Assembly (NCBI GenBank): GCA_040767085.1
Contig: JAXGPF010000003.1
Span: 32,001 to 96,000 of the forward strand
Length of the DNA: 64,000 bases
Reading direction: 5' to 3'
DNA from: Kiritimatiellia bacterium
GTDB lineage: Bacteria; Verrucomicrobiota; Kiritimatiellia; JAAZAB01
Shown here: piece after piece, positions 37,490 to 47,739 of the stretch
How positions within the stretch are numbered: position 1 is the stretch's first letter
How the letters are laid out: the number at the start of each line of letters is the position of its first letter
Program-made: the position numbers and the translations under genes
The notes under the pieces: generated by a model
Database searches by the model: none
What the model was told of the DNA's origin: nothing
What the model saw: only the letters and a program-made list of their open reading frames with translations

Positions 37490-38739
37490 TACTCCTCGAA
37501 CATATGCTGGTATCGCCCCTGCCAGTAAGCCCAGAGCCAGTTGGCAATGGAGTCGCCGCTCAGGAACCGCGTCAGGAACCTTTGATGCGGGGCAAATCTT
37601 TCCGGATTGTCATAATAAGTCATGCCGTCCACATCAATTTTTTCAAGCACATTGGTGACGGCGGGGAGGATGTCCCCGCGGGCCGGGAAGTGTTTTGCGG
37701 CCATGACCGCGCCCCGGGCCACCATGGTGCTCCAGCCCGACTCGCAGCCGGGCGGCCCGTCGTCCTTGCCATAACCGGCCGGCCGGCGCGTTTCCCCGGT
37801 TGCCGGATCAACGAGCAAATGGACGTAATATTTCCCATTAGGCGCCAGCGTAATTTTCGCCTCCTCCCACATGGCGGCGATGCCTTGCTCCCACTTGCCG
37901 CGCAGGGGGTTGCCTGGATCGCAGCGGATGAGGCAGTCGAAATTCATGACATCCATCGTGAGGCCGTCGGCCATGGCGGCCACGAGCAACGCGCGCTGCC
38001 GGGTTTCATATTTTGACCAGGGAGTGATTCCGCTTTTTTTCCTTTTTAACTGGGCGAATTCCGGTTCCGCGCTGACGCCCAGTCCGAGGAGCCGCGCGTA
38101 TTCCCTTTTGAACAGGGCATCGCCGGAATGCTTGTAAGCCTGGCACAGCAGCGGCGGGAAGCGCGTCAGCGGCCAATGTTTCTCCGGCTCGCCCAGGTAG
38201 GGGTAAATGTAATTACGCTTGACCCAGAAATGCGCCATTTTCGGGATCATGGCGTCAATTTCGTTTTTTTGTTCACGCGCCGCGAATTCATAAAAATGAT
38301 CCAGCGCCAGCACGGCGTAGATCACCTGGTCGGTGCTGGTCTCGCGGGACGAGCGGTTGTAGATTTTCGGAAAAAAACCTTCCTCCAGCGCCCGGCCCAT
38401 CTCGTAGATATGCCGCAGCGCCTGGTAGCCGCGCGCCATTTTTTCCCGGACATGCGGCGCATGCTCCACGCGGTATTGGAAACAAAGCGACTGCAGATAC
38501 GCCCCTGTGCACATGCCGCAGTTTTCATAGGCGGCATGCTCGCTCCGGGTATAATACCCATCCACGCAGCCATCCCGCCAACTCATGCCCGGCCGATATG
38601 CCGGAAAAAAATCCTCCCGGGGCGGGCGCAGGGTGTCTTTATCCAGCCAGGTAAAGACGACCTGGCGGCTGTCCAGAAAATGCCGGACGAGAAATTCCTC
38701 CACCAAGCCGGCCTTGGCGCGTAAAGATGTTTGAACCAT
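37489..38739 (-). CDS. hypothetical protein, gene Y copy 1 (probably alpha-helical)
   Basis: Paralogue of 48473-49744, sharing YENCGM.TGAYLQ, EEGFFPKIY, TSTDQV and SGD..ANWLWAYWQGR. Confidence 0.7.
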   Translation of the reverse strand: MVQTSLRAKAGLVEEFLVRHFLDSRQVVFTWLDKDTLRPPREDFFPAYRPGMSWRDGCVDGYYTRSEHAAYENCGMCTGAYLQSLCFQYRVEHAPHVREKMARGYQALRHIYEMGRALEEGFFPKIYNRSSRETSTDQVIYAVLALDHFYEFAAREQKNEIDAMIPKMAHFWVKRNYIYPYLGEPEKHWPLTRFPPLLCQAYKHSGDALFKREYARLLGLGVSAEPEFAQLKRKKSGITPWSKYETRQRALLVAAMADGLTMDVMNFDCLIRCDPGNPLRGKWEQGIAAMWEEAKITLAPNGKYYVHLLVDPATGETRRPAGYGKDDGPPGCESGWSTMVARGAVMAAKHFPARGDILPAVTNVLEKIDVDGMTYYDNPERFAPHQRFLTRFLSGDSIANWLWAYWQGRYQHMFEE

Positions 38740-38813
38740 ATTTTCCCCATCCCCCGCTCCGCCGGTTTGGCGGGGACCATGCCGGCAAATGCGCCGCCCC
38801 GGCCGCTTGCCAT

Positions 38814-39608
38814 TCAAGGCGCCGGAGCGGCATGCCGCCGGATAAATCCGACAATCGGCCCCGGATCATCCAATCCATGCGGATGATGCCGGCAACCGGG
38901 CTTGGCGATTAATTCAATATCGCCGCCCAAGGCCCGGTAACGTTCGGCCACAACGCCGGTGTTTTCTTCCCAGGGCACCACTTCGTCGGCATCGCCATAA
39001 ATATGCAGGATCGGAATGGACGCCGCCGCCAAAGGCGCAAGGTTGTCCACCGGATTCAGCTTGCAGGCCATGGCCTCGGCCTCGGACGCAAATTTGTAAA
39101 CAGCCATCAATTTCCGCCAGTTTTCAGGCGAGCCCGGCCCCTTGCCCTTGCCGCCCGGCCAACTGCGCATGTCGCACACCGGCGCATCGCCGAAGAGGCA
39201 GGCCACCCGGCCGGGATGCCTGGCCGCCCAATTATAGCAATACAGGCCGCCGCGGCTCAGTCCGATCAGGGCCGGCTTGTCGGCAAAGCCATATCTGCCG
39301 GTCAATAAATCGTAAAACTCATCCCATTTCAGCATGGCGGCGGGACCGCCGAACTGGTCGGGAAATTGCAGATAAGCGATATGAAATCCTGCCGCGAGCA
39401 AAGCCAGTTCCGTTCCCGGGAAGGAATCGAGAAACTCCCCCTTCCACGCCCAGGGGCGGCCGGGCAATTCGCGCCGCGGGGATATCACCGCCGCCGGCTT
39501 CCCCGCCGCCGTGAACACATGCTTTTGGTAACCTTCAAACCAGGCCGATGTTTCGCCGGGCAAATTCAAACCAGACACAGGTTTCATCTCCACGGTTTTA
39601 GACTTCAT
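38814..39608 (-). CDS. alpha/beta hydrolase (esterase/prolyl oligopeptidase-like)
   Basis: GLSRGG nucleophile elbow, GDADEVVP, HHPHG. Confidence 0.82.
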   Translation of the reverse strand: MKSKTVEMKPVSGLNLPGETSAWFEGYQKHVFTAAGKPAAVISPRRELPGRPWAWKGEFLDSFPGTELALLAAGFHIAYLQFPDQFGGPAAMLKWDEFYDLLTGRYGFADKPALIGLSRGGLYCYNWAARHPGRVACLFGDAPVCDMRSWPGGKGKGPGSPENWRKLMAVYKFASEAEAMACKLNPVDNLAPLAAASIPILHIYGDADEVVPWEENTGVVAERYRALGGDIELIAKPGCRHHPHGLDDPGPIVGFIRRHAAPAP

Positions 39609-39635
39609 GTTTCCAACTTCTGCTTGTTCCGCCGG

Positions 39636-40814
39636 TTAACGGCATCTCGGGTATCTTTCAATCAATTGCGCGCTCAGCATCAGGCTCCGGACCACATGGT
39701 AGCATGCCAGATAATTATTCCCCTTGCAATCGTTGGTGACATTCCCGCGCCGGTCGAGGTAGCCGAACCAGCCGCCATAGCGGCGATCCGGAAAATGCGC
39801 GAAGGTGTAATCATGGACTTTCGCCAGCCATTGCAGCCAGCGGGGGCGGCCCGTCAAGCGATACGCCAGCAATACGGCGTAAATCGCCTCGACATGCGGC
39901 CACCATAGTTTCATATCCGCTTCCAGGGGGATGGTGGGTTTCCCGGCCACATCCATGAAATAAAACAAGCCGCCGTATTTCTTATCCCAGCCGAATTCCA
40001 ACGAGCCTTCGATCGCATCCAACGCGATTTGACGCTGGCGCGCATTGGGGCAATGCTCCAGCATGCGCAGCAGGAACCAGGCAGTTTCGATGGAATGGCC
40101 CGGATTAAAAAACCGGCCTTCGGGCGAATCGTCCCGGCGGCGGCGCCGGTCCAGCGCGACATTTTCGCGCAACAGCCTCAGCCGCGGGTCATAATGCCGG
40201 AGCACCCCGGCAATGGCATCGCGGATGATGCGCAAATACGCGGGATCCTGCCTGTCGCGCAGCAATTCCAGCGCCATGTTAGCCAGCACCATGCAGTTGG
40301 CCAGGTTGCTGAACGGCGGCTGACCCGCCAGCGGCGCGCGCCCCAGCAATTCCGGCCTGGCAATCCAGCGGCCCAAGTTGTCAAACATTTCCAGCGCCTC
40401 GGCCCGGCAGGCATCATCCCCCGTCGCGCGGGCGAATTCCCACAAGCCCAGCATGTAAAACACGCCCGCAAACGGCTTGCGCTGGAAAAACACCGGCAGG
40501 CCTTCCCGTGTGACGGAAAAATACACACGGCCGGCCGGATCCCGGCCGTACCGGCGCATGAACTTCACGCCGGCGGCCGCCAGTTTCAGATAGTTTGGGT
40601 TGGCATCCCATTCGTTGTAAAGGCGCGCCAGCAGCCAGATCATCCGCCCCTGGAACCAGATATATTTTTTCGTGTCGTAAACTTCACCTGTGCGCGTCAG
40701 GCAGGAATAAAATCCGCCATGCTTCCGGTCCGGTGAATATTTCAGCCAGAACGGCAGCACATCCTGCTCCAGGTTGCGCCGGTAGATGCGTCCGTATTGC
40801 GCCAGGGTTTTCAT
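39636..40814 (-). CDS. AGE family epimerase (N-acylglucosamine 2-epimerase-like)
   Basis: LPFW...D..HGGF, W.QGR.IW, NPGHSIE..WF, KLWWP..EA, YHV.R motifs. Confidence 0.9.
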   Translation of the reverse strand: MKTLAQYGRIYRRNLEQDVLPFWLKYSPDRKHGGFYSCLTRTGEVYDTKKYIWFQGRMIWLLARLYNEWDANPNYLKLAAAGVKFMRRYGRDPAGRVYFSVTREGLPVFFQRKPFAGVFYMLGLWEFARATGDDACRAEALEMFDNLGRWIARPELLGRAPLAGQPPFSNLANCMVLANMALELLRDRQDPAYLRIIRDAIAGVLRHYDPRLRLLRENVALDRRRRRDDSPEGRFFNPGHSIETAWFLLRMLEHCPNARQRQIALDAIEGSLEFGWDKKYGGLFYFMDVAGKPTIPLEADMKLWWPHVEAIYAVLLAYRLTGRPRWLQWLAKVHDYTFAHFPDRRYGGWFGYLDRRGNVTNDCKGNNYLACYHVVRSLMLSAQLIERYPRCR

Positions 40815-41047
40815 GTCTGCTGAATAAAGCAGGGATAAATATTAAGGTTGCCGCGCATGATCAAGGTTTCATCCGGACATTCCGCCGATCCGACCTGCAA
40901 GACCGTTTCCGTCCCGTCATTGGCGCCGATAATCAGGTCGCCCGCCACAGCGCAGACATTGGAAATACCGTCATAATGTACACGGTTCCAGCCGAACGCG
41001 CGGTCGGCTGCCGCCAGCCGCGCCAGCTTGCTGAAGATTGGCCACAC
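40811..41047 (-). pseudogene. truncated remnant of gene X (paralogue of 51850-53175)
   Basis: ARLAAADRAFGWNRVHYD...LIIGANDGTETVLQVGS...MRGNL.IYP.FIQ matches the N-terminus of 51850-53175, then ends at the AGE start (ATGA). Confidence 0.8.
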
Positions 41048-41108
41048 CGGAGCGGCTGCAAATTCAGCCCCATTAACCGCGGGAACGGCGTTACACGCCC
41101 GCGATCCC

Positions 41109-43061
41109 TTAATGGAGCGAAAACATCACCCCTTGGGGCAAGTATTCGTAACACCCCATGTCCGCCTGCCGGGAAAACCGGTCCCGGCGCGGTCGGCCAT
41201 CCAGGTCCATGGCGCCGGGCTCCAACATCCACGGCAGGTTGGTCCCGGCATTGATCCCGGCCGAACCGCCGGCTAAGCGCCAGTTTTCACCGGCAATCCC
41301 GACAAACGACGGCGGATTCGTGATGTTGCCCCGGGCGCCGCCGAAATCGCGCGGACTGCAGCAGTAATGCACCGAATTGCTCTGCGCGGCTAAATCGTCG
41401 ATCCAAGCATACATCCCGAGATCGCGCTCCTGTTCCGGCAAAGTGCCAGACCAACGGTTGGACCAGACCAAACAATTGAAGATGTTATTGGTATTTACCA
41501 CAATGATGCCGGCGCCGCGCTGGAATCCCGGGTCGCCCTGCACTTCATTATCCGTTATCGTACAAGCGCTTATTTCCCCGCCAAAATTGTTATCGGTATA
41601 TATGCCGCCGCCCAAGGCGTTAGTGGCTATATTACCGGAAATCAGGCAATTGCGCACAATGGTGGAGTCCGTGACGCTAAGACCACCGCCGCGATAATAT
41701 GAAAAATTATTCGCAATCCTGCAATTCACCACCACACTGGTGCCATAGGCATGAATTCCGCCACCCAGGCTATTGGTTATAATGTTGCCATGGATGATGC
41801 TGTTTTCCAGCAAGGCGTTGCGCATAATCACGCCGCCGCCGCCAATGCCGCCATTATTCCAATTGCCGCTTATATTTACATCTCTGATAAAAAGCATGTT
41901 TGTGGCCGTCGCAAGGGCGCAAATGCCGCCGCCACCGAAATTGGCGCCCAGATTGACATTATTGCAAACGGCGCCGCCTTCAATAAATCCCGCAGTCATA
42001 TAAACCCCGCCGCCTTCACGGCCGGAGGTATTGGTGACAATTACGCAATTACGCAAGCAATGATTGGTTCCATCATATATAAACACTCCGCCGCCGCTGC
42101 TGGTGTTATATTGAGTTCTTTTTGACACATTATTGCTGATCAAGCAGTCAACCACCACCACGCCGAAATCACTGCCGGGATTGTCAGCATGAATAAAAAT
42201 ACCGCCGCCATTATGTTCAACCGTATTGCCGGTAATCCGGCAATTGGTTATCACGCCGCTCATCCGCGCATATACGCCGCCGCCATTGGTTTTGGCAAAA
42301 TTATTGCTTATATCGCAATTTTCCAGCCAGCCGCCGTTATATAATTTCACGCCCCCAGCGGCGTATTGTCCGCTGTAGGAGCGGTTGTTGTCTATCTCGC
42401 AGTTGACCACCATGCCCGAACTGCCGACCAGCACTCCGCCGCCGCCTTCGCGGTAAGAATTCGTGGAAGGCGGATTGGAAACAATGTTGCCGGCAATCCG
42501 GCAGTTCCAGAGCGACCCGGCAGACATGTACACCCCGCCTCCGCCACGCCCATCGGCTCGGGCGAAAGCAGCGTTGCCGACAACCAGGCAATTGGTCAAC
42601 ATGCCTCCAACCGCCATGTACACACCGCCACCGCGCCCGGCAGATGAGGCGCTGCCGCCGGTTTGCAGGACGCCTTCTTCGCAAAACCCGTTGGTGATGG
42701 TGAATCCATCCACCACGGCGCCGGCATGCGCAAGCCAGAAACAGCGGTTCGTGCCGGCGCCAACCATGATGGTCCCATCCCGGTCAACGGCGCCGTTGTT
42801 CCAACTTCGGATAGTGACCGGCTTGCTGATATTGACCACATCCGCCAGATTGTAAGTGCCATTAGACACCAGGATTGCGTTCACATTTTCCTGCGCCAGC
42901 GCATTGCTGATGCTGGCTTTCGGCTCCGTCCAGTCCAGGCCGGAATTGCCGTCATCCCCGCCGGCCGACGGCATGGCAACGTGATAAACCTCGCCCGTTA
43001 AAACGCCGGTCATCGCCCAGGAACCTGCCAGCAAACAATATAATTTGATTTTCGGATGCAT
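41109..43061 (-). CDS. secreted parallel beta-helix repeat protein with choice-of-anchor-Q-like C-terminal domain (copy 2)
   Basis: Signal peptide, GGGVY repeats, C-terminal WRL..GS..INAGTNLPWM...DLDGRPR.DRFSRQADMGCYEY. Confidence 0.8.
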   Translation of the reverse strand: MHPKIKLYCLLAGSWAMTGVLTGEVYHVAMPSAGGDDGNSGLDWTEPKASISNALAQENVNAILVSNGTYNLADVVNISKPVTIRSWNNGAVDRDGTIMVGAGTNRCFWLAHAGAVVDGFTITNGFCEEGVLQTGGSASSAGRGGGVYMAVGGMLTNCLVVGNAAFARADGRGGGGVYMSAGSLWNCRIAGNIVSNPPSTNSYREGGGGVLVGSSGMVVNCEIDNNRSYSGQYAAGGVKLYNGGWLENCDISNNFAKTNGGGVYARMSGVITNCRITGNTVEHNGGGIFIHADNPGSDFGVVVVDCLISNNVSKRTQYNTSSGGGVFIYDGTNHCLRNCVIVTNTSGREGGGVYMTAGFIEGGAVCNNVNLGANFGGGGICALATATNMLFIRDVNISGNWNNGGIGGGGVIMRNALLENSIIHGNIITNSLGGGIHAYGTSVVVNCRIANNFSYYRGGGLSVTDSTIVRNCLISGNIATNALGGGIYTDNNFGGEISACTITDNEVQGDPGFQRGAGIIVVNTNNIFNCLVWSNRWSGTLPEQERDLGMYAWIDDLAAQSNSVHYCCSPRDFGGARGNITNPPSFVGIAGENWRLAGGSAGINAGTNLPWMLEPGAMDLDGRPRRDRFSRQADMGCYEYLPQGVMFSLH

Positions 43062-43199
43062 GCTTGTACTTCCCCCTTATAATTTTTCCGGTATTTCAAA
43101 ACCCATATCCTGCGTGTTCCGCGTTTTCCGTGCAGGTGTTTGAATATAATTGTGCCTTCGGAAGCGCCAAGCTCCCGCGACAGAATGTTTCATGGATTA

Positions 43200-46100
43200 T
43201 TATTCCTCAAATCCCGTGGCGGCGTATCCCTTCTCCAGTTGCATGCCATCAACCCATATTTGAGCCGTTTCGTCTTTTGCTTGATTTACCGGCCAGAGCC
43301 GCAGTTCGAACAACAGCGGCGCGGTGCGGATCGCAATCGTGACGGGCATTGCATAACGTTTCCAATCCGCCGTCAGTTCGAATGTTTGCGCCCCGAGGTT
43401 TTCCATCCGCAGCCACACGCGCTCGCCGCCCCGCCCGCCTTTCGCCCAGAACGACCAGACATATGGCGCAACCTGATCGTGCTGCGGCCCGCAATACCAT
43501 TGCATCGAAGCATATGCGGTATGGCGAGGTTTTGTCAACTGAACGCACTTCGCGCCAAACCGGGCAATCCCGGCATCTGCGATCAGCGCCATATCTTGTT
43601 CCGAAGGGCCAAAATGGTTGGCGGCAAAATAATAATCCGGCAATCCCGGGATGGCTTCCTCCTCAAAACTTGGATTGGGGAACACGTTTTTCCGGCCGGC
43701 CCGCGCGCAGTTTGGCCACGCGGTCTCCTGCGGCGGGATGACCGCCGGCCGCAAAGACGAAACCGTCAACTGTGCCAACGCCGGCAAGGGCCCTTGCAGG
43801 CGATAGGCCCGCACGGCAAAAGGCTCCAGTTCTTCCGCGAAGCCCCCGTCCTGCACCGGCAAGGCAACGTCATCGAAGAGGCTTTGGATCTCGCGGCCGG
43901 CCATGCCCGCCATGCTGAAGGTGGCATGGACAGGATAATAACGGCTGTTGGCGGCCAGCAGCACCGCTTTGCCGTCCGCCGGATCGCAAACCAGGCGGAC
44001 TTGCACATCGGGGAATTCTTCGCGTTCCGGCATAAACGCTGCTTCGCGCCATTGCGCCTCCGGCGCGGAGGCCTGCACGTATTTGATTTCCTGCGGCGGC
44101 AGGGCTTGCGCCGCCAGCGGGGCAATCACCTTGATTTTGTCCAGCGAAGCTTTCAAGATTTTCCGGAATTGCGGATTCATGCCGCTGTAGCTGAACCAGA
44201 ACAACCCTTTGGCGCCATGGATGATTGCCAGAAAATTCTGGCAATTTTGCTCCGGCTCCGTCAGGGCGCGCTTACGGAAGCCGCTCCACCTGGTGCCCAC
44301 GGGAACAACCCAGACCACCCGGCGATATTCCGCCGCGCGCAGGTCGTTCCAATGCACGATCTTGGAAACAAAATTCGGGGTATCGCGTCCGGCCGGCCCG
44401 GCGGGAATCCAGTACGGATCCGTGCAGAGAATATCGCCGCAGGTCACGTATTCCGACCCGGCCGGGATATGGCTGGAATACAACACCTTGACCGGATGAT
44501 ACCCGTCCGTCCGGTGCGTCAGCCGGTAGATCGCATCCAGCGACTGGGTCATGTCAAACCGCCGGCTGTCAAAGGGCTCGTCAAAAGTGGAATACGCCAG
44601 CAGGTTCTCCGCGTCCTTTACGCTTTGCACTGCCTGCTCTGTCAGAGGCAGGTTCCGATTCACGTATTCCCGGAACAAATCCGTCTTGACCGGCGCGGGA
44701 TGCCGGCTGGCGGCGCCGCGCATCAAAAATCCGCGCATCCCCAGAGATCCGCCGCGGCTTACCTTGTGTAATTCTTCCAGTTCCGGCTCATTCAACACCT
44801 TCGCCGGCAGGGCCATCCCCGACTCTTTCGGCGGCAACCAGCCGGTTTCCAGCAATGACACCACCTGCAACCCGTACTGCCGGGCCCGCTCCAGGTATTT
44901 TACCGCATCCGCCGCCGGCAAATCCTTGTGCCATTGGAAAAATGCGTTGTACCCGGCGTCCGCAATGTCTTTGAACGCCGCCTCGTCGTCCGGCCGAATG
45001 CCCGCCATGATGATCCCGATCGGGAAAAACGGCCGGCCATCCTTCAGCACCACCCGGTTGACCTGGTCAATCTTCACTTCGCGCCCCGGCTTCGGCGCGC
45101 GCTTGATCAACTCCGCCGCCACCGCCGCAAAGGGCGCGCCGTCGTTGCGCTGCAGCGCAATCCTAACCGGATAGCTCCCGACGGCTAATCCGCCGATCTC
45201 AAAGGCCACTGCCGTCTCCCGCGCCGCGGGCGCGGCCGCCAGCGTTTTTCCGTCTAACTCCACCGCCACCGTCAAATCTTTTAATGCGGACTCCGGCATC
45301 CCGATTTCCGCCGCCGCAACGGCCTGCCCTTCCGTCGTGTAATAATTCCGGTCCAGCCACCCTTGCATCACCTTCAAGACCGCCGGCTTCTCCTCCACCA
45401 CCCGCTGCCATATTTCCCCGGTGGCGGCATCCCGTACTTCTACCGTGATCGAGCGTTCCGCCGGCGCCGACACCGGCACGGACACCGTCAATGCCACCGG
45501 GCGCGTCCCCTGCAAATCTACCCGCTCCCGCACCGCCGTTTCCGCACCCGATACCGGCCGGTCAATCACCACCGCCTCTACCGCTCCCGTCGCCGAGTTT
45601 CCGCCCTTTAACTCCAGTTCCACCCGGTAATAATTCGTCCCGTCTTCCGTATAATACGGCCGGACTTCCACGCTCTCCAACGACGCCATAAACGGCATCC
45701 GCAACCTGCCCGTCGCCAATGGCGCCAGCGCCCCAAAAGCCGCCGGCTCGTGGAACGACCGCGTCACGGGACGCCACAGACTGTGTTCCATCTCCTCGTG
45801 CGTGATCACATTGCTCGCATCCACATACGGCTGCCGCCGGTTGCGCGCTATATTCATCCGTATATGCTCCAGGTCGCCGTATTCCATGAAGATATACAGC
45901 GGCAATGCCGCTTCCGCCGTCCACCCCGCCTCCGTCACCGTCACCGTCGAGCGCCAGGGCAGGTTCCAGGTCTGGCGCTCGCGGCTGCCTTTGATGATCC
46001 GCTGCTCGGCCTTGACGTTAAAGCAACTCAACATGAAGTGGTAGTACACCGCGCCTTCGCCATCGGACGAGAAAAACAGTTCCACGGACTCGTCTTCCGA

Positions 46101-46424
46101 GACCGGCCCGTCATGCTCGCGCGTCTTCGGGTCCAGGACGTGTTTCTGCAGCGGATTATCGCATTTGATTCCCAGGTACAGCCAGGCATCGTCATACGCC
46201 AGCCGGACTTCCGTGTCATCCGCGCGCCGGCCGCCAGCATCCTTGTAAAGATGGAAATCGCCCAGCGGCTGCGCCGATTTCCAGCAGGCCTCGTCCAGCC
46301 GGCCGTCCCAGACCGGCGGCGCTTCCAGTTTCAAGGCCTCTGCCGCCGGCGGCGGTTCGCCGGCATACGCGTATCCCCACAACAACATCAAAACCGCATG
46401 TAAGGCTGTCCGGTAATTTAACAT
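43200..46424 (-). CDS. secreted multidomain protein (CBM9-like N-terminus, GH-like TIM barrel, C-terminal CBM-like domain), paralogue A
   Basis: PP..DGRLDE..W, VRLAYDD..LYLG, DESVELFF, GWTAE.ALP (CBM9-like); DGRPFFPIG...FDEP...DPYW; NPSFE...VDG.QLE.G..AT.FEE. Confidence 0.7.
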   Translation of the reverse strand: MLNYRTALHAVLMLLWGYAYAGEPPPAAEALKLEAPPVWDGRLDEACWKSAQPLGDFHLYKDAGGRRADDTEVRLAYDDAWLYLGIKCDNPLQKHVLDPKTREHDGPVSEDESVELFFSSDGEGAVYYHFMLSCFNVKAEQRIIKGSRERQTWNLPWRSTVTVTEAGWTAEAALPLYIFMEYGDLEHIRMNIARNRRQPYVDASNVITHEEMEHSLWRPVTRSFHEPAAFGALAPLATGRLRMPFMASLESVEVRPYYTEDGTNYYRVELELKGGNSATGAVEAVVIDRPVSGAETAVRERVDLQGTRPVALTVSVPVSAPAERSITVEVRDAATGEIWQRVVEEKPAVLKVMQGWLDRNYYTTEGQAVAAAEIGMPESALKDLTVAVELDGKTLAAAPAARETAVAFEIGGLAVGSYPVRIALQRNDGAPFAAVAAELIKRAPKPGREVKIDQVNRVVLKDGRPFFPIGIIMAGIRPDDEAAFKDIADAGYNAFFQWHKDLPAADAVKYLERARQYGLQVVSLLETGWLPPKESGMALPAKVLNEPELEELHKVSRGGSLGMRGFLMRGAASRHPAPVKTDLFREYVNRNLPLTEQAVQSVKDAENLLAYSTFDEPFDSRRFDMTQSLDAIYRLTHRTDGYHPVKVLYSSHIPAGSEYVTCGDILCTDPYWIPAGPAGRDTPNFVSKIVHWNDLRAAEYRRVVWVVPVGTRWSGFRKRALTEPEQNCQNFLAIIHGAKGLFWFSYSGMNPQFRKILKASLDKIKVIAPLAAQALPPQEIKYVQASAPEAQWREAAFMPEREEFPDVQVRLVCDPADGKAVLLAANSRYYPVHATFSMAGMAGREIQSLFDDVALPVQDGGFAEELEPFAVRAYRLQGPLPALAQLTVSSLRPAVIPPQETAWPNCARAGRKNVFPNPSFEEEAIPGLPDYYFAANHFGPSEQDMALIADAGIARFGAKCVQLTKPRHTAYASMQWYCGPQHDQVAPYVWSFWAKGGRGGERVWLRMENLGAQTFELTADWKRYAMPVTIAIRTAPLLFELRLWPVNQAKDETAQIWVDGMQLEKGYAATGFEE

Positions 46425-46472
46425 AATTTCTTTCTGCCTGGCCGGTGATATAGTTTCACCCAAGATATTGAC

Positions 46473-46501
46473 ATGATACCCTTTTATATCCAGTTGGTAA
46501 A
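46473..46501 (-). promoter_or_regulatory. putative sigma70 promoter upstream of paralogue A
   Basis: Minus strand TTTACC-N17-TATCAT in an AT-rich intergenic region. Confidence 0.3.
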
Positions 46502-46620
46502 TTGATTAAACATCTTAATTTTGGACGAATTCTCACACGCCTTTGCCTCCGGCAAACACATGTCACCTGCCAGATACCGCCATATCAACCGGTTCGGACA
46601 TGCCTGACAACCGGCAACCA

Positions 46621-47739
46621 TCAGCAGGTCAATTTTATCCAGCGTATGACGGATACATTGTCCTCGTAGCACCAAAACGCGACCAAAACCGCCCCATCCG
46701 CCAGCCGCGTCAGGCAGGGCGCGCCGAATCTCAGCACGCTGAAATTATGCGACATGTTGGCCGTTATCGCCGTCTTCCCACCGCCGGCATCACCCCATAA
46801 CGGCGATTCCGCTTCGTTTTCCCACCGGCCCCGGCGCAGCGCCGAGAGGTTCGCCCACAGGCCGGGCCGGTCCATCCGGCGATAGACGCTCAGGATGCGG
46901 CCATCGTCCAAAACCAGCGGGGTCAGCGTCTGGCCCTGCAAGCCGGTGGAAGCGGGGGCGGACCAGTTTTGGCCGCCGTCTTCGCTCAAGGCATAATGAT
47001 TCGGACGGTCGGACTTGGCCTGGTCGTCATACACCCAGGCTGTCGCCAGCAACCGCCCTTCCGGCAACTCCGCGATTTTGGATTCCCAGAAATACACCCG
47101 CCCAGCCGGATCAGACATCACCTTCCAATATTCCGGCCAGGTTCGCCCCTGGTCGCGCGACACGAGCGCGATCATTTGCAGCCCATTGGGGCAATGGCCA
47201 TCCCAATCCGGCCAGGTATGTGTGGGAATCAGCCAGCGGCCATCGCGCAGCACCGTGATGGGCGAACACATTTCGAAAGACGGGCCAACCAGCGGCGGGT
47301 TGATGATTTGCGGGACAGTCCAGGTTTTCCCGGCGTCCGCCGAACGCAAAAGCCACAACCCGGTTGGAACAAATCCCAGGGTCGCGGGATTGGTCAAGCC
47401 GGCATCGGGATGATCGGTCCGGTCATGCCGGACCATGTAGGCCGCCAGACCGCCATCCGGCAGAGCCGTCAACCGCGCGCATTCCGATGTCACCCGGCCG
47501 CTGGTTCCGGCATGCAACATACCCTCCGCCTGCCAGGTCGCGCCCTGGTCCCGCGACCGGAAAAGGTTCGTGCGCAGGTTGACCGCTTCAAACGCCTCGC
47601 CCAGCACCGCCGCGGCCAGCATCTGCCCGTCCGGCAACGCGGCGATGGACGGGAAATAGGCATGCACACTGCGCACATGCGGCTGGGGATTGCGGTAAAG
47701 CCATCCGGTTGCCAGTTTATTTATCCGGTTGGCCCGCAT
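46621..47739 (-). CDS. BNR/Asp-box beta-propeller, sialidase-family protein
   Basis: Four Asp-boxes: SRDQGATW, SADAGKTW, SRDQGRTW, SEDGGQNW. TGATG overlap with the upstream gene. Confidence 0.8.
   Translation of the reverse strand: MRANRINKLATGWLYRNPQPHVRSVHAYFPSIAALPDGQMLAAAVLGEAFEAVNLRTNLFRSRDQGATWQAEGMLHAGTSGRVTSECARLTALPDGGLAAYMVRHDRTDHPDAGLTNPATLGFVPTGLWLLRSADAGKTWTVPQIINPPLVGPSFEMCSPITVLRDGRWLIPTHTWPDWDGHCPNGLQMIALVSRDQGRTWPEYWKVMSDPAGRVYFWESKIAELPEGRLLATAWVYDDQAKSDRPNHYALSEDGGQNWSAPASTGLQGQTLTPLVLDDGRILSVYRRMDRPGLWANLSALRRGRWENEAESPLWGDAGGGKTAITANMSHNFSVLRFGAPCLTRLADGAVLVAFWCYEDNVSVIRWIKLTC

Noticed and set aside
43108-43134. Short 9-mer-like remnant (tgcgtgttccgcgttttccgtg)
   Set aside because: Resembles the arm at 26836-26870 but is too short and degenerate to call separately.
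43140-44771. 543-aa plus-strand ORF and similar ORFs opposite paralogues B and C
   Set aside because: Antisense shadows; their similarity follows from the sense-strand paralogy.
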